Shown: positions 25,098 to 34,768 of the stretch, piece after piece
Numbering within the stretch: position 1 is the first letter of the stretch
Layout: the number at the start of each line of letters is the position of its first letter
Source of the DNA: Spirochaetota bacterium
GTDB taxonomy: Bacteria > Spirochaetota > UBA4802 > UBA5368
DNA: 64,000 nt
Direction: 5' to 3'
Assembly: GCA_035477215.1 (NCBI GenBank)
Contig: DATIKU010000036.1
Coordinates: forward strand, 3,265 to 67,264
Position numbers and translations under genes: made by a program
Notes under the pieces: model-generated
The model's database searches: none
What the model saw: the letters and a program-made list of their open reading frames with translations, nothing else
Told to the model about the DNA's origin: nothing

Positions 25098-26448
25098 GCG
25101 TCACTCCCTGCGCGTTTTTCCATGAGGCCTCGGCTTCGAGCGCGCTCGCACGCGCGTTAAGATAGTTCTTCTTGGCCTCGACCAGCTCGTTCTCGATGAT
25201 GATCCAGTTGTCGAAGCTCACCTGCCCGATATTGTACTGGGCCGCCGCGATGCGGGCGCGCTCCTCTGACGCGCGAAGATATTTTTCCTTTATACCGAAG
25301 GTGTCGATGGCGTACATGAACGCGATCCATTTCTGCTCCAGCGTTACGGAGGCCGAGCCTTTCGCACTTTCGAATTCGGCGACGGCCTGACGATAGGCCG
25401 CGTTTTCCTTCGAGCTCCGGTAAACGCGTTTTCCCCCTTCGAAGAGAGGAAGGGTGATCCCCACCCCGGCCGATACCTGGCTTTCCCTTGGCGGCCACGA
25501 AGTGTCGGATTTCCCCGCGCTGGCGGTTCCGTACACCTCGGGGAAATGCCCGGCCTCGGCGGATTTCCGCGCGTAATCGGCGTATTCCTTCTGCAATTCC
25601 GCCTGACGCACGGCGGGCGTGCGCGACGCCAGCGACGCGAAGTCCGGATATCCGGTACCGGTTTCCGGTAAGGAGAGGTCGCCCTTAACCGTAAATTTTT
25701 TCCACTCCTTCAGCCCCATCTCGCGCGCCAGCTTGTGACGTGCCAGCGAAACGGCACGGTCCGCCTGTACGCGATCCGCCACGGCCTGGGCCAGGTTTAC
25801 CTCGGCGGTAAGGAGGGAGCCGCGATGCTCCTTCCCCGCGTTGTGCCGCATTCGAACGAGGTCCAGGCTCTTCTTCCTCCTCTCCACTATCTCGTCGGAG
25901 ATACCCAGCAACTCCTGCGCCCTGAGCAATTCGATGAACGCGCTTCGCAGGCTGTAGCGCACAGTCGAGGATGTCGCCATGGTACTGTAAACGGCCTGCC
26001 GTACCTGCGCGTCGGCGCCCCTGGTGTCATAGAGCGCCCTGCCTCCATCGAAAAGAAGCTGCTTCGCGGTGATCCCGTACGAGTAGGTGGTATCGTCCAC
26101 GGTTCCCTGCGAAGGGGCCGAAGCGTCCTTCCGCGTCCTGTCGATGTCGAGCGATGTGCTCACCTGCGGCAGGAGGGCGCTCCGGGTGATTCCCTTCGCG
26201 TCCCTGGCCTGCTGCAGCTTTTCCTTCGCCGATACGATATCGGGATGGTGCGCTCTCGCGAGCGCCGCGCACTCCTCCCAGCCGAGCGTCTCCACGACTA
26301 TCGGGGCGTCGGCGTACAGCGACGGAGCCAGGAGCAGCACGAGCGCAAGGCATTCTGGAATGAGACGTTTCAGCGCGGTAACTCCCCCGGACCCCGATCC
26401 GCCCCGCGTGGTTTCAGATTGATCCTTCACGGATATACTCCCCTTCAT
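25081..26448 (-). CDS. TolC-family outer membrane efflux protein
   Basis: 455 aa. Repeated coiled-coil/beta pattern (LLPQVSTSLDIDRT..., VSAGVGITLPLFEGGKRVY...). Operonic with the macA/macB-like genes. Confidence 0.8.
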   Translation of the reverse strand: MKGSISVKDQSETTRGGSGSGGVTALKRLIPECLALVLLLAPSLYADAPIVVETLGWEECAALARAHHPDIVSAKEKLQQARDAKGITRSALLPQVSTSLDIDRTRKDASAPSQGTVDDTTYSYGITAKQLLFDGGRALYDTRGADAQVRQAVYSTMATSSTVRYSLRSAFIELLRAQELLGISDEIVERRKKSLDLVRMRHNAGKEHRGSLLTAEVNLAQAVADRVQADRAVSLARHKLAREMGLKEWKKFTVKGDLSLPETGTGYPDFASLASRTPAVRQAELQKEYADYARKSAEAGHFPEVYGTASAGKSDTSWPPRESQVSAGVGITLPLFEGGKRVYRSSKENAAYRQAVAEFESAKGSASVTLEQKWIAFMYAIDTFGIKEKYLRASEERARIAAAQYNIGQVSFDNWIIIENELVEAKKNYLNARASALEAEASWKNAQGVTLENEI

Positions 26449-26495
26449 CTAATTGCTGTGTGCCCAACGGCGCCCGATCGACGCCGCCATGCGCG

Positions 26496-27056
26496 TCATT
26501 TCAGTTTCCCGCCGGAAAGAACTCCGCGTCGCGGCCCGTCCTCCGGCGGGCCGGAGTGCGAAGCGTCCCGGGGAGGACCGTCCATTCCCGGACCGCCGGC
26601 AGGCCGCTCGCCGCGGGCCCTTTTTTCGGCGATCATTTTATTGAACTCCGCCTTCTGCTTTTCATCGAGCAGCTTCATGATCTCCACATCGGTGCGCTCC
26701 ATAACGCTTCGGATTTCCTTGAAAAACAGCTCCCTCTTTCCGTCCATCAGCCCGCGGTTGGATTCGAGCAGGGCCCCTACCGCGCGGGCCTGTTCATCAT
26801 TCAACGCGAGGCGCTCGACGAACTTCTTCATCACCCTTTGCTTGAACTCTGCATCGTCGTGCCGAAACGGCCTGTCTCCGCCGCGTAAAAACATCGGCGG
26901 CCCATGACGCTCCACCTCTCCCATGAACTGAGACCGTGCGAATTCGTGAAAGTTACGCTTCACGTACCATCGATCCGCCCCCACGCCGATAAACACGCCC
27001 AGCACGAATATAAAAGCCAGCATGGCCGCGGCCGTGTAATTGGACATCGCTTTCAT
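26496..27056 (-). CDS. CpxP/Spy-like periplasmic protein (LTxxQ-type motifs), N-terminal anchor
   Basis: 186 aa from ATG 27056 (AAAGGAGGG upstream). LALNDEQARAV and LLDEKQKAEF are LTxxQ-like repeats. Confidence 0.55.
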   Translation of the reverse strand: MKAMSNYTAAAMLAFIFVLGVFIGVGADRWYVKRNFHEFARSQFMGEVERHGPPMFLRGGDRPFRHDDAEFKQRVMKKFVERLALNDEQARAVGALLESNRGLMDGKRELFFKEIRSVMERTDVEIMKLLDEKQKAEFNKMIAEKRARGERPAGGPGMDGPPRDASHSGPPEDGPRRGVLSGGKLK

Positions 27057-27102
27057 CCGAGCCCTCCTTTTTTGATTAGAGTTGTTGCGTATCTGAAAAG
27101 AT

Positions 27103-27216
27103 GTCATCGAGAGGAGCGCAGCGACGCGGCGATCTCAAAAGGCAACAGGTTCTTACTAAAAAACCAAATGCGTTATGAGATTGCCACGCCCCGATAAGGC
27201 CTGGGCTCGCAATGAC
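27103..27216. repeat. About 114-bp palindromic intergenic element, copy 2 (left arm degenerate)
   Basis: GCGGCGATCTCAAAAGG ... GAGATTGCCACGCCCCGATAAGGCCTGGGCTCGCAATGAC. The right half is near-identical to 10250-10289. Lies 47 bp upstream of the CpxP-like start. Confidence 0.75.
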
Positions 27217-27247
27217 ACTCGGTAAAGCAACAATTCTATCATACATC

Positions 27248-27685
27248 TTACCTGACGTAAAACTCGTGAGGATAGACGCCTTCTCCAACCGCAAGATACA
27301 CAACCTCGGTCTCGCTCATGCTCCCCAGCAGATACTGCCCGAGCGAAGCGTCGCCGTTTTCGTTGATTATTCCGATCGATCCGATCAGCAAAACAACGGC
27401 CGCAGCGGCGGCGGCGAATGGAACAGGGCCGAACGGGCGCCCGGGCCATAACGCCCTGCGCTTCCCCTCACGATATTTTCGGATAATTTCGGCCGTAGGC
27501 GCCGACGCCGTTACGGTCCCTCCCGCCCGGATGAGAATGCGGCGCAGGGCCTGGATCTCGTCAAGGCGCGCGCAGCAGACGGAGCAAATGGCAAGGTGCT
27601 CCTCGATGCCGGACATCTCGACAGGGTCCGCGCACTCGCCGTCGGCATAGCGGTTGAGCAGTCTCCCGGCATTTTTACACTTCAT
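27248..27685 (-). CDS. Membrane-anchored zf-HC2 anti-sigma factor
   Basis: 145 aa. EEHLAICSVCCARL matches H-x3-C-x2-C. TM segment PFAAAAAAVVLLIGSIGII. 11-nt overlap with the upstream ECF sigma gene. Confidence 0.75.
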   Translation of the reverse strand: MKCKNAGRLLNRYADGECADPVEMSGIEEHLAICSVCCARLDEIQALRRILIRAGGTVTASAPTAEIIRKYREGKRRALWPGRPFGPVPFAAAAAAVVLLIGSIGIINENGDASLGQYLLGSMSETEVVYLAVGEGVYPHEFYVR

Positions 27686-28175
27686 GGTCCACCTCCCCCC
27701 GAATAATGGGATGCAGAATTCTTTTCAACAGTTCGCGCGCCCGGAAGAGGCGCGATTCGACCGTCCCCACGGAGCACTCGAGTACGTCAGCGATTTCGCG
27801 GTACGACCTGCCCTCGAACTCCCGTAAAATAACGACCGTACGATATTTAACCGGTAGATCCATGAGCGCGCCGCGCACCATATCCGAAACGGCCGACTTA
27901 TGCGTGAAATCGTCCGCGCCTGCGACGTCATGATAACGCTCGTCGAACGGCTCCGCCGCCCTTCTTTTGCGTTTCCTGAGCGAATCGATGCAGGTATTGA
28001 CGCCGATACGGTAGATCCACGTCGACAGATCCGCCTCACCCCTGAACGACTCCATCCTGTCGAGCAGCTTCACGAACACGTCCTGGGCAAGGTCGCAGGC
28101 CTCGTCGCGGTCGCGTACGAAAGAGAAGCAGAGGTTGTACACTCTGCCGTAATACCGTTCGACAAAATCCTTCAT
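27675..28175 (-). CDS. ECF-type sigma-70 family factor (RpoE-like)
   Basis: 166 aa from ATG 28175. An upstream in-frame Met (MRLRN.. or MESM..) is possible. ACDLAQDVFVKLL, STWIYRIGVNTCIDSLRKR, LPVKYRTVVILREFEGRSYREIADVLECSVGTVESRLFRAR. Confidence 0.8.
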   Translation of the reverse strand: MKDFVERYYGRVYNLCFSFVRDRDEACDLAQDVFVKLLDRMESFRGEADLSTWIYRIGVNTCIDSLRKRKRRAAEPFDERYHDVAGADDFTHKSAVSDMVRGALMDLPVKYRTVVILREFEGRSYREIADVLECSVGTVESRLFRARELLKRILHPIIRGEVDHEV

Positions 28176-28480
28176 CCCCCGTTCGCCGCCGAACGCGGAC
28201 ACGGGTGATGGGACGGCGTCATTCCGCAATCTCATGCTCTCCATGATACCATTTTGACGCATGGGATACACGTAATATTCCATTTTTTTCACGCCCGCCG
28301 GTCGGAGGACAAAAAAAGGACGGGGTATCTCCCGCCCTTTTTCCGTGTCCGTTATCGACGGCTTAAAGCCGGTACGCGATGCCCCCGATGTACAGCGGTT
28401 CGAATTCACCGTCCCCGAAGGCGCCGTCCGCCTCGAAGATATAGCTCGTGCCGCCCCGGCGAAGACCGAAAGCGTGTCGG

Positions 28481-28942
28481 TCATTCTGAACCCGAGAACG
28501 ACCCTGCCCTGCAGGGCCATTCTGTCGGTCCGGTCGCCCTCGCCCGGTTGACCCCCGACGAGAGCTGCACCGCGCTCACGGAGGCGCCGGGCTTGCGGCG
28601 GAACATGTTGTCGTTACCGCGCGCCACACAGCCGGAGCGGTCGATGAGCGCCCTGGTCTCGGCCGTCACCCCGGTAAAATAGGTGGGGGAGCCGATGATG
28701 ATGCCGTCCGCCGCGAGCATTTTCGCTATGCATTCGTTTACGATGTTTGTATCGATCGAACAGCGACGGTCCTTCCGCTCCCTGCACTTGCCGCAGGCCG
28801 TGCAGCCCCGGACGGGCTTTACGCCGATGTGCACAAGCTCGCATTCGATTCCCGCGGCCTCGAGAGGCTCGAACACCTTTTTGATCAATATGGACGTATT
28901 CCCCTGTTTCCTCGGACTGCCGTTAAACGCGACGACCTTCAT
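28481..28942 (-). CDS. Flavodoxin-like / NADPH-dependent FMN reductase family protein (iron-sulfur-flavoprotein-like), 3' end probably disrupted
   Basis: ATG 28942 with a GGGAG SD. MKVVAFNGSPRKQGNTS..., CTACGKC, ADGIIIGSPTYFTGVTAETRALIDR. After RRKPGASVSAV the frame becomes atypical, while another frame continues VGGQPGEGDRTDRMALQGRVVLG, which looks like the expected continuation. Confidence 0.6.
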   Translation of the reverse strand: MKVVAFNGSPRKQGNTSILIKKVFEPLEAAGIECELVHIGVKPVRGCTACGKCRERKDRRCSIDTNIVNECIAKMLAADGIIIGSPTYFTGVTAETRALIDRSGCVARGNDNMFRRKPGASVSAVQLSSGVNRARATGPTEWPCRAGSFSGSE

Positions 28943-29060
28943 TCCATTCACTCCCTGTCCGGTATTCACGTCGTACGGTTCGCTCTCCCGGGAGCGCACT
29001 CGATGGGGAGCTTCTATCGCGGATAAAACCGGGGGCAATTACAAATTGTTACGGCGTGCA

Positions 29061-29089
29061 AAAAGGACGCGGTCACCCGCGTCCTTTTT
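29061..29089 (-). terminator. Rho-independent terminator (bidirectional shape) after the acyl-CoA dehydrogenase gene
   Basis: AAAAGGACGCGG-TCAC-CCGCGTCCTTTTT: a 12-bp stem flanked by A-run and T-run, 90 bp downstream of the stop at 29179. Confidence 0.7.
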
Positions 29090-29178
29090 GTCGCTTGAAA
29101 GAAACCCGCCGCGGAACCCGGCAACGTCGGTCAACCGCAACCGGGGATCCCGATCCCGCTACCTTTCCCGTGCCGCAC

Positions 29179-31050
29179 CTATTCCTCCGGAGCCCCGGTG
29201 AAGATGGAGCGGCTCGCCTTGATGACGGCCGACTCCCCGCCCAGTATCGAATCGAGCTTGCCGAAGTACTCGGGGAATTCGTAGCCGATGAAAAACTGGC
29301 CGGCGAGCACCTTGCCGGCGTAGAAGGCCGCCTCGGCGTTGTCGGCAAGTATCTTCTCGCGCTCCTCGCCCTTCGCCTCGCCAAGGAGCTCTTTCATCTT
29401 CGGCGTGCAAAGCGTCATGCTCCACAGGTGCAGCCACGCCAGGCACACCATGAACATTCCCTTGCGAAGCTGCGAGGCGTTCATGAAGAGGTTCATAAAC
29501 GCGCCCTTGGCCATCTGGCCTTTTAAAAATTCGATGGTCTCGTCGAGCTTCGCCACGCCTTTTACCACCAGGTCTATGTACTTGTCCTCGACGACTCCCT
29601 TCGCCTTCTTCACCACATCGTCCACCCGCTTTTTCCAGACCTGGTAGTTATACTGGTCCTTGTTCATTAAAATCTTGCGCATGGTCAGGTCCATGGACTG
29701 GATGCCGTTGGTCCCCTCGTAAATCGCGAAGATCTTGGCGTCGCGGTAGAACTGCTCCACCGGGTAATCCGCGCAGTAGCCGTAGCCTCCATAGACCTGC
29801 ATGGCCTCCGAAGCCACGAGCACGCCGGCGTCGGTGTTGCCCGCCTTGCAGATCGGGATAAGGATATCGATCAGCGCCTTCGCCTCCTTCTGGGCGTCGC
29901 CTTCGTACACGTGCTCAAGGTCCAGGTGGTGCGAGAGGTAATAGGTGAGCATGCGCATCCCTTCAACGTAGGACTTCATCCACAAAAGCATCCGCTTTAC
30001 GTCAGGGTGCTCTATAATTGCCACCTGTGGCGCCTCCGGGTTCATCATCTGCGTTATGTGGGCGCCCTGCTTGCGGTTCTTCGCGTAGCTTATCGAGTGC
30101 ATGTAGGCGGTGCTGGCGACCGAAAGGCCCTGAATCGCCACGTCGGTGCGCGCCTCGTTCATGAGCTGAAACATGATCTTCATGCCCTGCCGCTCCTGGC
30201 CCAGGAGCCACCCCCGGCAGTTGTCGTTGTCGCCGAAAGAGAGCGTACAGGTCGCCGAGCCGTGAATGCCGCACTTGTGCTCGATACCGCTGCACACCAC
30301 GTCGTTGGACGCGCCCACGGAACCGTCCGGGTTCACCAGGTACTTTGGCACAAGGAAGATCGATATGCCTTTGGTCCCGGGAGGGTCGCCCTCGATGCGC
30401 GCGAGCACCGGATGGATGATGTTTTCGTAGAGGTCGTTATCGCCGGCGGTGATGAATATCTTCTGGCCGACGATCTTGAAGGTTCCGTCGCTCTGCCGGT
30501 AGGCCCTGGCCTTGAGCGCTCCCACGTCGCTTCCGGCGTCCGACTCGGTGAGGCACATGGTGCCGCCCCAGGTGCCGCTTAGCATCTTTCCGAGATAGAT
30601 ATTTTTCAGTTCGTCGCTCGCGTAGTTCATGAACAGCGCCGCGGCGCCGTGCGCCAGCGCCGGGTAGGTAGTCAGGGATACGTTGGCCGTGCAGAAGTAC
30701 TCGTAGCAGGAAAAACCCACCGAGTGCGGAAGCCCCATGCCGCCCACCTCGGAGTCGTCGAAGATGCCGACGAATCCCGCCTCGTTGAACGCCTTCAGCG
30801 GCGCGCGGAACGATTCGGGCGCCTTCACCAGCTTCTTGTCCGGATCGTAGGTAACGCCCGTTTTGTCGCCGTCGGCGTTTGTAGGATAGATCTGCTCCAC
30901 CGCCATCTTCTCGGCGAGCTGAAGCGTGTCCTCGTACATGTCCTTGTCGAAGCCGGAATACTTCTCGAATTTTCCCAGCTCGTCGACCTTCAACATCTCG
31001 AAAAGGACGAACCGCACGTCCCTCGAGTCCACCAGCTTGTTAAGCGCCAT
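29179..31050 (-). CDS. Long-type acyl-CoA dehydrogenase (about 620 aa, with C-terminal extension domain), paralogue 1
   Basis: 623 aa. WGGTMCLTESDAGSDVG, KIFITAGDND, GIHGSATCTLSFGDN, YGGYGYCADYPVEQFYRDAKIFAIYEGTNGIQ are ACAD N/M/C-domain motifs. Confidence 0.85.
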   Translation of the reverse strand: MALNKLVDSRDVRFVLFEMLKVDELGKFEKYSGFDKDMYEDTLQLAEKMAVEQIYPTNADGDKTGVTYDPDKKLVKAPESFRAPLKAFNEAGFVGIFDDSEVGGMGLPHSVGFSCYEYFCTANVSLTTYPALAHGAAALFMNYASDELKNIYLGKMLSGTWGGTMCLTESDAGSDVGALKARAYRQSDGTFKIVGQKIFITAGDNDLYENIIHPVLARIEGDPPGTKGISIFLVPKYLVNPDGSVGASNDVVCSGIEHKCGIHGSATCTLSFGDNDNCRGWLLGQERQGMKIMFQLMNEARTDVAIQGLSVASTAYMHSISYAKNRKQGAHITQMMNPEAPQVAIIEHPDVKRMLLWMKSYVEGMRMLTYYLSHHLDLEHVYEGDAQKEAKALIDILIPICKAGNTDAGVLVASEAMQVYGGYGYCADYPVEQFYRDAKIFAIYEGTNGIQSMDLTMRKILMNKDQYNYQVWKKRVDDVVKKAKGVVEDKYIDLVVKGVAKLDETIEFLKGQMAKGAFMNLFMNASQLRKGMFMVCLAWLHLWSMTLCTPKMKELLGEAKGEEREKILADNAEAAFYAGKVLAGQFFIGYEFPEYFGKLDSILGGESAVIKASRSIFTGAPEE

Positions 31051-31374
31051 TTAACCCTCCTCGAATATCGTGTATAGTATATCGTCGCCGTCCGACTGTC
31101 CGCGCCGCCGGTTCCACTATCCTGGCCGGCGCACCGGACATTAATGCGCGCGATTAAAAACACCGTGGAAATCGCGACTAACGTGATGGCGGGCCCCTTG
31201 CGATTTCCGATAATGCAACAGGTATCAGCTTTCAATATCAACCAAATGATCAGGCTGAACTATGATATAAACATAATACAGTAATTTAATTATACAACGT
31301 GGAACGTTTTTCCCTGTCAATCACGATTCGATCCGGGATGATTTTTTTGAACTCACCCCCTATCGCGTATAAAC

Positions 31375-31405
31375 AAAAACGGCAGCCTTCCGGGCCGCCG
31401 TTTTT
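31375..31405 (-). terminator. Rho-independent terminator after acyl-CoA dehydrogenase paralogue 2
   Basis: AAAAACGGCAGCC-TTCC-GGGCCGCCGTTTTT: an imperfect stem with flanking A/T runs, 26 bp after the stop at 31431. Confidence 0.65.
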
Positions 31406-31430
31406 GTTTGTTCCGTGAATGAAAAGCCGT

Positions 31431-33305
31431 TTAGGCCTCCAGCGCTCCGGTAAATATTTCCGGGCTCGCCTTGATGACGGCGGCTTCGCCGCCGAGCAGG
31501 CCCTCGATCCTTCCGAAGTACTTCGGGAACTCCATACCGATGTAAAACTGCGACGAGAGCACCTTGCCCGAGTAGAACGCCGCTTCGGGATTGTCCGCGA
31601 GGAGCTTGTTGAGGTCCGCGCCCTTCGCGTCGCCCACGATCGCCTTCCTCTTCGGGATGGTGATGGTGAGCATCCAGAGATGCGCCCACGCCATGGCGAG
31701 CATGTACATGGCCTGCTGGAGCAGGGTCGCGTTCATGAACAGGTGCATGAACTTGCCGCCCGCCATCTGGCCCTTCATCATCTCGATGACTTCGTCGAGC
31801 TTCGTCATGCCCCTTGCAACCATGTCGATGTACTTGTCTTCGACAACTCCCTTCGCCTTCTTGACAACTTCGTCCACGCGCTTCTTCCATGCGTTGTAGT
31901 TGAACTGCTCGGGGTTCATGAGGATCTTGCGCATGGTGAGGTCCATGGACTGGATGGCGTTGGTGCCTTCCCAGATCGGGAGGATCTTGGAGTCCCTCAT
32001 GTACTTCTCCACAGGGTAGTCCGCGCAGTAGCCGTAGCCGCCGTAGCACTGCACCGCCTCGGAGGTGATTTCAACGCTCTTGTCGGTGCAGCCCGACTTG
32101 CAGATCGGGGTGAGGAGCTCGACCAGTCCGTTCGCTTCCTTCTGGAGGTCGCCTTCCATAACGGTGGCCAGGTCTATGTTGTAGAACATGTAATAAGTAA
32201 GGAAGCGCTGTCCCTCGAGGTGCGACTTCATCCACAGCAGCATGCGGACGACGTCCGGGTGCTGGATGATCGGAACGAGCGGCGCTTCCGGGTTCAGCAT
32301 CTGGGTGACGTGCGCGCCCTGCAGCCTGCCCTTGGTGTAGGTGACCGCATGCATGTACGCGGCGGACGCGTTGCCCTGACCCTGGATCGCGACGCCCATG
32401 CGGGCGAAGTTCATCATCTTGAACATGATCTTCATGCCCTGGCGCTCCTTGCCGAGGAGATAGCCGACGCACTTGCCGTTGTCGCCGAACGCCAGCTGCG
32501 CGGTCGCCGAACCGGCGATACCCATCTTGTGCTCGATACCGGTGCAGGTGACGTCGTTGAACTCGCCCAGCGAGCCGTCCTTATTGATGAGATACTTGGG
32601 AACGATAAAGATCGAAATGCCCTTCGTACCCCTGGGATCGCCCTCGATTCGGGCGAGCACCGGGTGGATCATGTTCTTGTAGTAGTCGTTTTCGCCGGAA
32701 GAGATGAATATCTTCTGGCCGGTGATTAAATAGGTGCCGTCGGCCTGCTTGACGGCCTTGGCCTTGAGGTTACCCACGTCGGAACCGGCTTCGGGCTCGG
32801 TGAGACACATGGTGCCGCCCCACTCGCCGCTCATCATCTTGGGCATATACTCGTGCTGCTGCTCTTTCGTGCCGAATTCGACTATGAGCTCCATCGCGCC
32901 GTGCGAAAGGCCGGGATACATTCCAAGGGGATAGTTCGCCGCGCACATGTACTCCATGACCGCCGCGTTGATCGCGACCGGCATGCCGGACCCGCCATGA
33001 TCGGGCTCGTCGGAGAGACCGAAAAGGCCGGCCTGATAATACGCGTCGAGGACGGGCTTGTAGCAGGGGGGAATCGCAACCTGTTTAGTCTGAGGATCGT
33101 ACTTGCAACCGCCTTCCTTGTCGCCCAGCGCGGCGGTCGGGTAAATCTGCTCGACCGCTATCTGCTCGGCGAGGTCGAGGGTGGCTTCGAAAGTGTCCTT
33201 GTCGAAATCGGCAAACTTGGAATACTGGTTCAGCTTTTCCGCTTCCAGGGCTTCGAAAAGCACGAAACGCACGTCCCGAGAATCAACCAATGGATTTAAG
33301 GCCAT
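31431..33305 (-). CDS. Long-type acyl-CoA dehydrogenase, paralogue 2
   Basis: 624 aa from ATG 33305 (GGAGG upstream). Collinear with 29179-31050, for example MALNPLVDSRDVRFVLFE vs MALNKLVDSRDVRFVLFE and YGGYGYCADYPVEKYMRDSKILPIWEGTNAIQ. Confidence 0.85.
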   Translation of the reverse strand: MALNPLVDSRDVRFVLFEALEAEKLNQYSKFADFDKDTFEATLDLAEQIAVEQIYPTAALGDKEGGCKYDPQTKQVAIPPCYKPVLDAYYQAGLFGLSDEPDHGGSGMPVAINAAVMEYMCAANYPLGMYPGLSHGAMELIVEFGTKEQQHEYMPKMMSGEWGGTMCLTEPEAGSDVGNLKAKAVKQADGTYLITGQKIFISSGENDYYKNMIHPVLARIEGDPRGTKGISIFIVPKYLINKDGSLGEFNDVTCTGIEHKMGIAGSATAQLAFGDNGKCVGYLLGKERQGMKIMFKMMNFARMGVAIQGQGNASAAYMHAVTYTKGRLQGAHVTQMLNPEAPLVPIIQHPDVVRMLLWMKSHLEGQRFLTYYMFYNIDLATVMEGDLQKEANGLVELLTPICKSGCTDKSVEITSEAVQCYGGYGYCADYPVEKYMRDSKILPIWEGTNAIQSMDLTMRKILMNPEQFNYNAWKKRVDEVVKKAKGVVEDKYIDMVARGMTKLDEVIEMMKGQMAGGKFMHLFMNATLLQQAMYMLAMAWAHLWMLTITIPKRKAIVGDAKGADLNKLLADNPEAAFYSGKVLSSQFYIGMEFPKYFGRIEGLLGGEAAVIKASPEIFTGALEA

Positions 33306-33833
33306 GATAACCTCCTGCAAGTTTTAATAATTCATTGAATAGAAAGCCAGGGAATCCGCATCCACACTTTCGGGCACGACTGCCCATTAAACATTGACAA
33401 TATTCTTATCTTTAAATAAGAATCCCCGCAATTGCGCATTCCCGCGGCGAACGGCATTTGCCTTGTTCGCCGGTTGAAACTGTAAAAACACGCTCATGGA
33501 TGTCAACATGAATTCATTCTTTTTTGTATATTTTAGGCATTTTTTAGGGCATCTATCATCATTCTGAGTGGTTAAATATATTCAATATTATATATACGCA
33601 TAATATTATGTGGTACTTTCCGGCCCATGGGCCCGCCGGGGCACGGAAGTGAGAACGATCTTGTACACGAAAAATGGGGGCGTGTTCGACCCGCCCCCGC
33701 CTGTGACGCGGGGAGACCGGGCGGGAAAAATTGATCCATATTGCACCGGTTTGTCCGATTTCGATCAACGGGTAAAATCGCGCCCGGTTGCCTTGCGCGG
33801 CCGCAACGCGCGCCGCCATATACGGGGAGGTCC

Positions 33834-34763
33834 ATGAAGCACGACAAGTACTGGATGGCGCTGGAGCAGGTGAAGGGAGTGGGCCCGGCCTCAATGCGAG
33901 AGATTTACGACGCGCTTAAAGGGCCCGGCCTCTCTATCGTCGACCTCTTCACGCTCAGCCCCGAGGAGATGCGCGCCGAGCTTTCACTCCGCGATCCGAT
34001 CGCCTCCGCGATCGACACCGCGCGCGGGAGGATTTCACTGATCGAGGACGAGTATTTTACGCTCATCGACGCGGGGATCGAGATCGTCCTCTTCTTCGAG
34101 GAAGGCTATCCCGAACGTCTGGCGCGCCTGCTTAAAAACGAGGCGCCATCGATGCTGTACGTGTATGGAAACCGCTCTCTTCTGCGAAACAAGGGCGCGG
34201 CGGTGCTGGGTGAAAAAAGCATAAGCGAAAAGGGCGAACTGGTCACCTACCTTGCGGCGCAGGAGCTGGTACGCCATCACATAACCGTTATCAGCGGCCT
34301 CGCCCGCGGCGCCGACACGATCGCGCACCGCGTGGCACTCGAAAGCGGCGGGGAAACCATAGGCGTTTTACCGTACGGATTCTCCCAGCTCAAGATGCCC
34401 GAGTCCCTCAGGGAAGTATACAATCCCGACTCCATGCTCCTTGTGTCGGCCTTCGGCTTCCCGGCCGAATACTCCACGTTCAACGCCTTCCGGCGCAACA
34501 GGCTCGCCTGTGCGCTGTCGAAGGCCGTGTACATCGTCGAAGCGCCCGCGGAGGGCGGCACCTTCGAAGCGGCCAAGTCGGCGAAGACGCTCGGCGTGCC
34601 GCTCTACACCACCGAGTACGCGGAGTACCCCGACACGGCCGCGGGCAATCCCGTACTCATGCGCGATCTCGGGGCGCACCCCGTCCGCGGGCGCCTCATC
34701 AACAACGCGCTCTCGCCCAACCTCGACCGGCTAATCGCCGACGTCAAGTTCGGGGACCGATAA
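33834..34763 (+). CDS. dprA: DNA-processing protein DprA (Smf family)
   Basis: 309 aa from ATG 33834 (GGGGAGG upstream). N-terminal SAM-like WMALEQVKGVGPASMREIY. Rossmann-like core AAVLGEKSIS..VISGLARGADTIAHRVALESGGETIGVLPYG...FRRNRL. Confidence 0.75.
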   Translation: MKHDKYWMALEQVKGVGPASMREIYDALKGPGLSIVDLFTLSPEEMRAELSLRDPIASAIDTARGRISLIEDEYFTLIDAGIEIVLFFEEGYPERLARLLKNEAPSMLYVYGNRSLLRNKGAAVLGEKSISEKGELVTYLAAQELVRHHITVISGLARGADTIAHRVALESGGETIGVLPYGFSQLKMPESLREVYNPDSMLLVSAFGFPAEYSTFNAFRRNRLACALSKAVYIVEAPAEGGTFEAAKSAKTLGVPLYTTEYAEYPDTAAGNPVLMRDLGAHPVRGRLINNALSPNLDRLIADVKFGDR

Positions 34764-34768
34764 ATTTA

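Noticed and set aside
33402-33423. 8-6-8 inverted repeat ATTCTTAT-CTTTAA-ATAAGAAT next to a TTGACA in the ACAD/dprA divergent region
   Set aside because: It is a real palindrome, but I cannot tie it to any regulator in the window or to a promoter at a sensible distance from either start codon. It may be an operator for a TetR/FadR-type factor encoded elsewhere.
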